Below are positions 1-10,115 of a stretch of DNA of 55,148 nucleotides, piece after piece. Below the pieces are notes generated by a model. That model was not told where the DNA came from and made no database searches. It saw only the letters and a program-made list of their open reading frames with translations. This DNA comes from Chromera velia (taxonomy: Eukaryota), in contig JAHBMJ010000154.1 in NCBI GenBank assembly GCA_018398765.1, forward strand, positions 1 to 55,148, given 5' to 3'. Positions within the stretch are counted from its first letter, which is position 1. Each line of letters starts with the position of its first letter. The position numbers were made by a program, and so were the translations under genes.

Positions 1-430
1 TCTCTGCCTTCCTGCTGAACGAGAACCCCACCCCATTTCGCCCCTGTAATGCACTTCCTGCAGGCGGGCCCGCGAGGAGCAACCGCTGCCTTTCATGGCA
101 TTCCGTCTCCCCGTGGATACGGGTTTCCTGCAGGAACGCAACGTCCACACTCGCCCTGTGGAACTCCTCCGCGATGTGGGCTGTCCTCCTTGGGGGAGCC
201 TGTGCTCCCTTTCCTCCTGTATCAAGTAAGGTGCGGCAATTTTGGGTTCCAAGGAACCAGCACTGTCTACGCCGCTTTTCTTTCTTTCCGTCTCCTTTTT
301 GCCTGTTGCTCTTTTTCCACCTTCCAACTTTCTGTTGCTGCCTTTGCCTGTGTGTCTTTGGTTGCCTACCATAGCAGCGATGCTTGTTCCCTGAGGGGGG
401 CGGCTCTTGACGCCTCAGGGCAGTTCAGAT
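1..430 (-). mobile_element. 5' part of an RTE-like non-LTR retrotransposon (N-terminus of APE endonuclease), running off the left edge of the window
   Basis: A minus-strand frame absent from the ORF track (no stop before the edge) reads CWFLGTQNCRTLLD...PPRRTAHIAEEFHRASVDVAFLQETRIHGE...GRNGVGFSF. This matches the RTE-type APE start (xNxRTLLD...RRTAxIAxEL....DIAxLQETR...GVGF). The upstream boundary is approximate; a CCCTGAGG/CCTCAGGG hairpin lies at 389-420. Confidence 0.8.
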
Positions 431-801
431 GAAAATATGCATAAGGTTGTTCAATCCCGACAAAACTACAATTCTTATAAGTACCGAAATCTGATATCGA
501 TGCCCTGGTACCAATATGGTACCAACTTTTCTTGGTACTTTCAGTACCAAATCGTTACTACTATAGACGACCTTGACAGAGCTGCTAAATGGCATGTGAG
601 AGCATTAAAGAGCGTCTATATACTAAAAATTGTGTATGATGGATCATACCGTGGATGTAAGGTAGACTGACAGTGCAGACTAGTAGGGTGAGAAGTAATT
701 AAAAGTCTAGTCGCCTAGGCTCCCCACACATAAAAAAATAAAAATGTTAATTACTCAAAATCACTTTTACTTTTTATTTATTTATTTATTTGAAGTAGGA
801 T

Positions 802-1068
802 CTAGGCTCTGCACTAGATAAAAAATAATAAAAAAAGAAAAAAGAGATTAGAAAAACTTTTTTTTTATGGATTTTTTTTTTATTTATCATGACACTCAAT
901 ACAGGCAAACAACTGTTGTTTATGTGTTACAATTATGTTGCAAGAGTGCTGCACGGGGTGTTTCATTAAAAAAAATATACTTTTTAGTTGACAAACAAAA
1001 AAAAGATAAAAGATTAGAAACTTTCTTTTTTTTCTTTTTTTTTTTTATTCATCGAGTGCAGAGCTTAG
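802..1068. mobile_element. Non-autonomous TIR element (MITE), CTAGG-terminus group
   Basis: Left end CTAGGCTCTGCACTAGAT; reverse complement of the right end CTAAGCTCTGCACTCGAT. Flanks AGTAGGAT (794-801) and AGCAGGAT (1069-1076) give an 8-bp TSD with one C/T difference. Confidence 0.75.
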
Positions 1069-1127
1069 AGCAGGATGTTGGCCAGCCTCTCTATCAGGAT
1101 TTTCTCCGTGCATTCAACCCTACATGT

Positions 1128-1396
1128 AGTAACGACTTAGCAGTACTTAGCATAGTCGGGCTCCTAAGGCATACTCATCCTAGTACTCATCCAGAGTTCA
1201 CACCTTACAGAAGTTAATACTGTTCACAACAACATGAAGAGACTTTCTCTTGCTTATGTCTTTGTTCTGTTCGGTCTATCTGTATCTGTATTCTCATCTG
1301 TATCAATATAATTAATAATACAGATCTTAGGATCGACCGGTATACATCACTTGACCTAGTGACTGTCTTGCACCTTGCATACTGCCAGTTACAACT
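1128..1396 (-). repeat. 3' LTR of the copia element (269 bp)
   Basis: Direct repeat of 6581-6843 with 14 substitutions and two indels. Preceded on the minus strand by the polypurine tract TTGAGGGGGTG. Confidence 0.95.
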
Positions 1397-1407
1397 CACC
1401 CCCTCAA
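1397..1407 (-). promoter_or_regulatory. Polypurine tract (PPT)
   Basis: Minus strand TTGAGGGGGTG directly upstream of the 3' LTR; resembles the typical copia PPT TTGAGGGGGAG. Confidence 0.8.
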
Positions 1408-1429
1408 GGCAGGCACTCTTATGCTTAAG

Positions 1430-4400
1430 TGTAAATCGATTCCCTGAAAACAACAAGCTTGGTAAGACAAATGACCTTGGCCTGAACTCGACGGCATCTC
1501 TGAAAGCATCAATCCAGAATATATTGCATTCCCGTGTCTCTCTCTGCCACCCCTGATCGAATCTGATTGTACAATGGATCGCAATCGATCAAAAATTCAA
1601 TAGGCATGTCTTTTTGAAGCGTTTGGGCAAAAGAAATCAGACGGGGCACTCGTTTTAGGCACTCTTGCCACCCAACCAACTCTGATGCGGTCGAGCTGCT
1701 CAGCTTGACTGTCGACCCCATAGACCTCCAAGCAAACAAATTGAAAAGCTCATCTCCTGGCTTCCACACCAAATCAACGTATGCATGTCTGCCATTATAC
1801 CTGTCTTTCTTATATGACAAATCAACAAAGAAGACAAGTTTCAGAAGAGTGGAGTGAGAGAGGCGATGGAAGAACAGACCTTCAGGATTCTTCTTTATTT
1901 TATATAGAATTCTGATCGTAATCACAAGGTGTCTTTTCGTAGGCTTCTTATTACCGTACCTCGCTAAAGCATCATACCAGACCCGACGGAAGACTCCAAT
2001 GACGCATCCCCCAACCCAGGTACCTAATGACACTGCTGTAGACTTTCTCAAGCGATGGGTCTGCCTCCTCTCCTTCTTGAATTTCAAGCTCTTTCTCTTT
2101 GTAAGACGAAGTCGCTCCAACGCCTGTCCGATGTATTTTGAATTCTTGAAACAGCTTTTCAGTATCCACCCCCTCTAAATACGAGGACATCGACACCCTG
2201 CACTGCCCCCTGTCTTCCTCAAAATCCATCCTTGTGTACTTAAATCGGTAGGCACCCATGTCAAGTCTAGACAGCTTCCCGAATTGCCTAGCGAATTGCA
2301 TCTCCCCCCGAAGATGCTTTACCAGTCCATCTACCTGCCCAAAAGCAATCAAACCGAAAACGTCATCAATCCAATTGATTAGAACGTTCTTCTCTCTGAT
2401 TCTCTCTGTCAATCGCAATCCCTAACTCGACCCTCTTGTACCCCACTTTCTTAATCGCCCCGACCCACTTGTTGTCGAAAAGTTTGGACGATACTGGCAT
2501 GCCGTACAGTCCTCGCACCACTTCTCTTACCTGCCCTGGCTGCAGGTTGTGTGCGTATGCTACTATTCTCTCCCACTTCTCTGCAGGCATGTCTGGGTAG
2601 GGACAGATATCAGGAATCGGTGGCATCCACTCGGGCATGCAGGCATACACCCTCTCTCTGTTTATGTCGTCTGATTGAAGAAAAGTACCTTTCACATCAC
2701 TAACAAACATCTGAAGGCACAAAGCAAGGGCCCAGATGATACACAGAAAAATAAGGCTGGGAACAGGTGTGCCAGTGTAGGTATCAAGCTTGCACTTGTC
2801 AAAATACCCTTTTCCGAACGCCCTTGCCTTTGCCTGCCTCTCCTTCTCTAGTTTCTCTTTCGTTTTTCCATCTTCCTTTGCTCTTTTTCCTTCCAAGTGA
2901 ATCTTGCCCCCAGGTTGATCACTGTCAGTCTCTTTGCCTTCGCCTCTTCTTTTTTCACTTCCTTGAAGTTCCTAAATACCTCTTGCCTACAGATATTCAG
3001 GAGCCACTCATCTCTGAGAGCGGTGTCAAACTTTCCCGCTTTTACGTCCTCAGGATCTGCAGGGAGCTGGGTTGATCCCTTTTTGAACTCAAGCACTCTA
3101 AGTGCCTGAAACCCCTGAGACCTGACTGACCCCCCACCCGACCTTTCTCCACTCTCTCCATTCTCTCCTCCCACAACCTGCTTGTCTTGATTTCGGAGGA
3201 GATCAGATCTAAACAGAGAGTCATCTGGTGGGATTCCATCGGATGGGGCCTCATCTGCGGCTGGCTGCACCCCTTCATTCTCATTTCCATTCTCATCCCC
3301 TTGCACCTGACCTAGGAGGGCGATACCGATGGGAAGGGCGTCATGGGAAACCTGTGTTTCGATCGCAGGCAGGAGACGCCCTAAGGCTTCTATAAAATTG
3401 AAATACCTGAGCACCTGCTGCTTTGAAATGGGTTGCGGTGCTATACCCTCTGGTCTCCACTTTCCACTTCCATCTCCGACTGGCTGTAGCCACGCAGCAG
3501 GAATGGACTTGCGATACGCCTTCCCGGTCTGCATCATCGTATGCCTCCGTCCGTTTGCCTCCACAAGAAGACCCGTGTACCTATGCTGGCTCCCGTCCTG
3601 AGTGTTAGGTTCACCTCCCCCAGGCCCCACGTCGTCTGCACCCCCTGCGCCTTCTGCTTCCCCAACCACGCTTTCCTACACCTCTTCTCCCACACCTACT
3701 CCCTCACCTGCCTCAACATACACCTCCTGGTTTAGAACCTGCTGAACGGGGAGCACTGCTGCTACAGGAGAAGAGACAGGAAACACAAAGGACTGCGCTC
3801 CCATGACTGCGGCAAGACGGACACCCAGACTGTCTCAGACTGTTGGACCTACACACAGTGTTGGTGCTGCTCTGCTTGGAAGGGAAGAGATCTTTCTCAC
3901 CATCTTCCACCCCTCAATCGCTCTATCATGGAGAGGGGAGATGAGAAACGGGTGGGTAAAAAGGGACTGCAGACGCTGCTTCTCCTCATTCCAGTATATA
4001 ACGGTGGCTACACGATTGGACCACTGGTACAAGAACATACAGAGCTTCCCTGCAAGGGAAAGATTCTTCCTCCCATGGCAGAGAACCACCCAATCCCCCA
4101 AGACAAACTTTCTGTCTGGTTTCTTGTGGGTGCGGCGCTCTTCTGGGCTCTTTCGGTCTTCAGGACTGACGATCTTGTTCCCCTCAATAGCGACTGCTCG
4201 GCTGACTTCGTGTGCGAATTTATGTGGTATCTTCATCCTCCATCTCCCTCCCTCAGTCAGGACCAGGCAACGGTCTAGCACCACCCACACTTAGTTTCGG
4301 TGGGTGCGGATGGGTCGCTCAACAAACCCGAGGATTGGCTTGTCAATGATACCTGTTGGGGCCCGCTTCAACAGAATAGGTGGGGCGAATGAATTGTACA

Positions 4401-6519
4401 GAGCCACAAATTTCTTCCTCCGTAGTTCAAGAGTTCCATCTGTCAGGGTTTTCTTCGACACGACTCCATAGTACTCGATGAACTCAAGCAGGGAATCTGC
4501 AGCTTCGCGACACCCATGCATCGGAGAGTCGAACTTCTCTTTCGTATGTAGGTCGACAAAGAGGTTACCGAGGGGGAAACCGGTTTCCTCCTCCTCTTCA
4601 TCTCCAGGATACCAGGTGTCCAAAAAGATCTCGTCCCCGAATTTTTTCACCTGACACCTCCTGCTTTTTTCTTTCGACGCTGCCCGTAGCAACCGAAAAA
4701 CTACTTGCTTCTGCTGGCAGGTACGACACGTGGCCGTAACCTCCGCTGTCATAGCCTGCATGACCTGCAGACCTGCATCGGTAAGGGTGAGGCGCCATAC
4801 CTCAGCACCCGAATGGATTCCCAACCACTTAATGACATGCCACACCCTCGCTTCTTCAATCTCATCGATTCTACGCACCTCGCTCTGGATATACAGAGCC
4901 TCTTTCTTAAAACCCCATCGATCACTGTCAAACAATAGGCTTGCCATCCCAACTGGGAGACGGAAGGACGGAATGCAAGATTCTGAACAGCAGCTGCCGT
5001 TTGGGGCATCGATTCGCATATGGCGGCGCTTGCTGCGCACATCAATCACCTCAAAATACGATGCCGTCTCGTTGGTGCGGTCGATATATGACACTCTGTC
5101 AAACATGATCAGGGTAGGCACATCGTCATCGGTGAGATACACGTACTAAATGTTGAATGTGGCGATGTTCTTATTCTGTATCCGAATAGTCCCAAGGCCA
5201 TTCACCTGAATCATCACATGCTCAGACGTGGCCTCATCATCTCGATCGCGCTTAGCCACCCCGATCTGCGCAGAGAACGGAACCTCTCTCATGAGAACTC
5301 CCGCTTTCATCATTCTGCTACGATTAATTAGCGAGGTGTCGCTCAGTGCCCGTGTCTACCAGTGCTCTTCCACACTCATGGCGGCATTTTGAATACTGTA
5401 TAGACACGCAGTGGGCAGACTAGTGGGCAGATCCAAAATCGAACTGTGTATGTGGGCCAAATTGAATCTTACCCAACACGCCGATCATCCCTGCTGGATC
5501 TCCATATAAGTGGTTGGCTTGCAGCCCTTGCTTCCCGGACTTCTTTTTCTTTCTACATTCTTTGCATCTGCAGGTTGCCTTCCAGTGCCTCACTTTCCCA
5601 CAGCAACTGCAACTATTTCCCTCCTTCAGGGAATCACAGGTACTCGGATCGCAACCGGGCCGGTCACAACGCCAACACTTTTTACCCCCGCCGGACGTAA
5701 ACGGCTTTTGTTGGCGGGGGGGAGGCGGCTTCTTCTAGGAACTGTTATTCTTTCTGTACGTTGGGGTCTTTCCGGGGAATCCCTCCCCCACCAACGTATG
5801 CTGCCAGCTCTTCCTTTACTACAGAGCGGATATCTGAGAATCAATGACATATCTCCTACCTGGGGAAGTTTCTTGATGCCTCTACGCCTTAGGGCCGACT
5901 CATCCCCCTTTGAGGTCTTGCACATTTCGACGAGTTTCTGTATGAGGACATCTGGGTCCTTCAGCTGTACTGAGGTGAGTAATACTGTCTAAACAGCTTG
6001 TACAGTGTCGGAGAGGGATTCCAGCACGGGCTCTGCTCTCTTTTTCATCGGAACATCGGCTTGCAGGTTGGTCGTTCTTTGGACGAGATTGTTGTAATCG
6101 TTTACTACCTTGGTTCCCCCTTTTCGCTGCCTTGCAGCAAATTCCACTCACTCCCTCTCGACTTGGTCTTTCTGTTTTTCATCACAATCCTCCCCTGCTT
6201 TCTTTGCCTCGTCTTGCAATGCTTTCCTATATTTTACGTAATCCACCTGTCTGAGAGAGTTAGTCTTATCGTATTCCCCTGCCTTTCTTTTCTGGAAGAC
6301 TGTGTTAACCACGACCCTTACTTGGGGATGTTAACATAGTGACCGATACAGTTGGTCACACACCCATCGGTCGAGCTTTTCCCCATCCAAGTCAACCTTT
6401 CTATCCAGGATAGAGAGGAATGCGTCCAACCACAGGGAAAACACACCGACTTCATTTTTTCCTTTCTCAGGCTTGTCTACGAGAAGAGGAAAAACCAGTT
6501 TTCCGTCAGTCGCACTCAT
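1430..6519 (-). pseudogene. Fragmented gag-pol of the copia element
   Basis: gag-like start at 6519; protease ALVDTG at about 5345-5362. Integrase has an HHCC finger (WHVIKWLGIH...CRTC) and D,D,E residues (FLDT / TDG / VER) in 4291-5142. RT is RVT_2-like (KARAFGKGY...DTYT, SDVKGTFL, GLYGMP, NWIDD) in 1972-2896. An RNase H-like segment lies in 1509-2120. There are multiple in-frame stops and frameshifts. Confidence 0.85.
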
Positions 6520-6564
6520 TTGTGCACAGATTGAAGGAATATAGGCGTCGTTGTTTGCGTTTGC

Positions 6565-6581
6565 TCTCGCTGGCGACTCCA
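6565..6581 (-). promoter_or_regulatory. tRNA primer-binding site (PBS)
   Basis: Minus strand TGGAGTCGCCAGCGAGA. Its complement parses as a tRNA 3' end: T60, CTCGC (T-stem), TGGCGAC (acceptor stem), U73, CCA. The first T overlaps the last LTR base. Confidence 0.75.
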
Positions 6582-6843
6582 GTAACGACTTAGCAGTTAC
6601 TGTACTTAGCGTAGTTGGGCTCCTAAGGCATACTCATCTAGAGTTCACACCTTACAGAAGTTAATACTGTTCATAACAATATGAAGAGACTTCCTCTTGC
6701 TTGTGTCTTTGTTCTGTTCGATCCATCTGTATCTGTATTCTCATCTGTATCAATACAATTAATAATACAGATCCTAGGATCGACCGGTATGCATCACTTG
6801 ACCTAGTGACTGTCTTACACCTTGCATACTGCCAGTTGCAACT
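6581..6843 (-). repeat. 5' LTR of the copia element (263 bp)
   Basis: Direct repeat of 1128-1396; followed on the minus strand by the PBS. Confidence 0.95.
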
Positions 6844-6956
6844 CATGTCCTCTGCTCGGCCGGGCGATTCTCCGGAGAATCCAGAACGAGACTGAAACCG
6901 AGATCCAGAGAGATACGGAAAACAAATATGTTGCATGATAAATAAAAGTGATTCGA

Positions 6957-9456
6957 TCACGAGATTGCAGGCACGGAGGGGTCCAGGCCCAGTGCCGAGC
7001 ACAGCCAGTGGTTGTAAGGTGCGAGGGCCTTGAAGGTCTCGATGACAAACGCCAAGAAGTCCCCCCCTGTCGCCTTTGCGATGGGGGAGCTCTTCTTGTC
7101 CATTACTGCAGGCACATACACACCCGTGCATGTTCATTGCCATCTTTCAAAGGATATCTCTGAGGACCAAAGAGGATGAGAGGTTTTTTCACTAAGAAAA
7201 AAAGAAGAAGAAGAAGAAGAAAAAGAAGAAGAAGAAGAAGCAACATTTCGTAGATTTGCAGACACTTGCAGAACTTCAGCGACAGGCAGAAAGAAAAAAA
7301 ACGACTTCTTCCAGGGGTGCTGACAAAAGAAACGGGACGTCCACCAACCTGCAGAGACGTGCATGGACTTGAGCCTGAGGAGGTTAATGTCAGGGTGATC
7401 CTTCTCGAAGCCCTTCGGTGCGGTTTTGAGTCTGTCATTCTCCTTGAACGGATCACTCCCGAAGTGTTTTTTGAAGTTTGCACTCGAGATCATCTTCTTG
7501 AACCCAGCTGGGTCCTCTGCAATCTTCTTCCGCACTTTGTCGAGCAGTGCAGTGGGGGGGAAGTAAAGACCCCCCGCGATCATCAACTCGTCAGGGCCCA
7601 CCGCGAGGTAGTAGCAAGGGACGTTGGATTTCTTGTCCCCCTCGTAGTTGACCGCCATGGAGAAGGAGGTCTTGTAGGGCGTCTTGTCGTTGCTGAAGCG
7701 GAGGTCTCGGGACCTGTGGAGTCAGTCGGGGGCCGGCAGGGGGAGGGCGAGGTTAATTGTGCATTATGCATGGGACATGATGCAGAGAAAGAAGGACAAA
7801 GACGGTGCGGGGGGGGGGGAAGGGGGAGGAACGGGAGGAGCCAACTGGCATGATTGCCCAAAAGCAGGAAGAGGACCACTGAATGAACATTGATTGTAGC
7901 GGTGCGTGTTTTGCTCCATCACAAGATTTGGAGACGCAGACACAGACTCGCTCACCCACGGAGCTTCACCTGCACGTCCAACTCTCACAAGAGCCTGCTA
8001 CCCTCTCAGCAACCCAGCCAGCCAGCCAGAGGGTGTTTTCATTCGCTTTCATTTCTTCGCTTCTTTCCCCCCTTTCCACTTCCCTTTTCTTATATTAATA
8101 CAGACCAGTAGAGGCAATTTTGAAAGAGAGTCAAAAGGTACGAGAGACAGTTAGAGGCGACGGAGATAAGAGACCATGCATCAATTCGACCAAGTTGCTC
8201 CATCTGCTCGGTGCTTCTTCGAGGAAAAGCCAGACAGACTATGTGACTTCTCACAAAAAGACGGACAAAGTCTGTGACTGAACGTAAGACCGCACAGGCG
8301 TCAATCAGCAAGATAGATGCACACACGCACACACGCACACACAAGAATAGATGGATGGATGGATAGATGGATGGATGGACGGATAGGCAGGCAGGCAGGC
8401 AGGCAGGCAGGTAGGTAGGTAGGTAGGAGGAAACTGATCGACAGACAAGGAGGGCGGGGGGGGGGCACTACATGTTCTTTTTCTCTTTCCTTTCCTTTCC
8501 TTTCCTTTCCTTCTCTTGCCCTATGAGTCAGACGGAAACAGAGTGTATGCGCGCGCGCCCGTGTGTGTGTGTGTGTGCGTGTGTGTGAAAAAAACGTACA
8601 AGGAAAGAAAGTGCGATAGAAGGAGAGAAACTTCCTCAGTTGTCTCAACAATCAACGCACTCAAACAAGTCTGAATTCGCTCACTCACATTTTGAAGATG
8701 GCTTTGCCTGCCGGGTAATTCTTCAGGGCCTTTTCGGTCTTTGAGAGCTCTCCCAGCAGACTGATGACGAACGCCTGCCAGTCGAGCTTTGCCGCATCGT
8801 AAATCTTCTTGTTTGCTTTCACCCTGAAGTGGCCACGCAAGAGGACAGACAAGAGAAGGGTGCGTGACAGGAAGATCGGCAGATCCAGAGAACTTTGGGG
8901 GGAAAAAAGAGGGGGGCGAGAAAAGAGAGGAAAAGGAGACAGAACGCAAAGATGACGTCACCCTTTCGATCAAAGTGCTACCGAGAGAGCAGAATTTTAG
9001 GGATCGACTTTTTGAAAAAGAGAGGAGAAAGAAAGCCAGTGAGAAGTTCAATCTGGACACGCTACATTCAGTCATGGAAGTCTGAATCTGTTTGTGTCCG
9101 TTATGAGATTCGTGCACTTTTCTGTTCCTGTATTCGTGGCAGGCCTTTTAAGCGGCTAGGATGTACGAACGTCTCTCTGACTCTGATTCTGAACGAAGCA
9201 CGCGCGTGAGTTCTCTCTCAGTGTCTGCTGGTGTGCCTGTGTGAACTGACCACTCGCTGTCGTTGTTCTTCTTGAGGGACTCCAAAAACCCCAGCGTCTC
9301 CCTCTTCAGACGGCGACAGGCAGACGAGGAGGCAGCTGCAGCTGCAGGGGCTGCCGGGCTGTTGCTCTTCTTTTTGTCGGGTGCTGCAGGAGAAGTTTTG
9401 GCCTTCTTGCTCTCCTTGGCCGGGGCACTGGGGGACTTTCGATTCGCCGACGGCAT
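6957..9456 (-). CDS. DUF2461 (TIGR02453-like) family protein, 4 exons, about 284 aa
   Basis: Exons 9456-9251, 8823-8689, 7713-7349 and 7105-6957, all GT-AG and in frame (855 nt). Family motifs FLESLKKNNDSEW, IFKMSRDLRFSNDKTPYKT, IAGGLYFP, LKTAPKGFEKDHPDINLLRLK and VIETFKALAPYNHWL. Confidence 0.9.
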
Positions 9457-10115
9457 GGGGCCCGAAACGTGAGAGGGACTTCAGTCAAGATGAATCTGCA
9501 GAGTGAAGCTTACGTATCCGGCAGGACGGGTAGACCCAGAGTCAGAGAGTTGCAGCCCAATGGAAACAGACCAGAAGAACTGGAGAGTTTCACTGGAGGA
9601 GACGGGAGGATACACCTGCAGGCGCCTGTGGTACTGGACCCGCAGCAGCACTGCAATGAGCAGACTCTGAGCGGGAAATTTGTACGATCACGCACGTTGC
9701 TTACAGAACACGGACAGTCGGGCCAGCTCAGCCGATCAATCCAGAAGTTGCAGAGAGTGGGCTTCAAGAGAAATGTCCTTCTCAAGACTCAGGTCACTGA
9801 TGCAATCTGATGCATGGTCACTGCGGGGCCGCCGTCTGGCCCGCGGGCGCGGCCTGACAAGTGAGCCGTCTCCCCCGTCTCTCTGACACAAGTCCTGTAT
9901 ATAACATTAGCGATGGAGCTTTGACACGCGATTTCCGCCGGTGTGTGGCAGGTAGAAAGGTGGGAGCTCGACAGCTTTCGTTGAATCTACGAAAGCTCGC
10001 GGTGTTGAATCCGAGAAAGTGGTGTCTTGTTTGACAAGCCCGAGCCAGTGCACGGTGTTGCTTGTGTTTTTTTTTGGTAGCCGTCTCTGCCTGTCTGCCA
10101 GACAATTTGGCTGAA

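Larger units (their letters stand above)
1128..6843 (-). mobile_element. Full-length, inactivated Ty1/copia-type LTR retrotransposon
   Basis: Two LTRs (1128-1396 and 6581-6843), a 5-bp TSD CATGT (1123-1127, 6844-6848), a PBS and a PPT. Minus-strand domain order is gag-PR-INT-RT-RH, broken by stops and frameshifts. Confidence 0.95.

Noticed and set aside
385..425. HDV-like ribozyme at the RTE element 5' end
   Set aside because: Only a simple 8-bp hairpin is visible; the nested pseudoknot could not be built.
443..560. Degenerate hAT-like end (GTTGTTCAATCCCGA plus GGTACC repeats) resembling the MITE at 28520
   Set aside because: No partner TIR or TSD was found, so it is too weak to call as an element.
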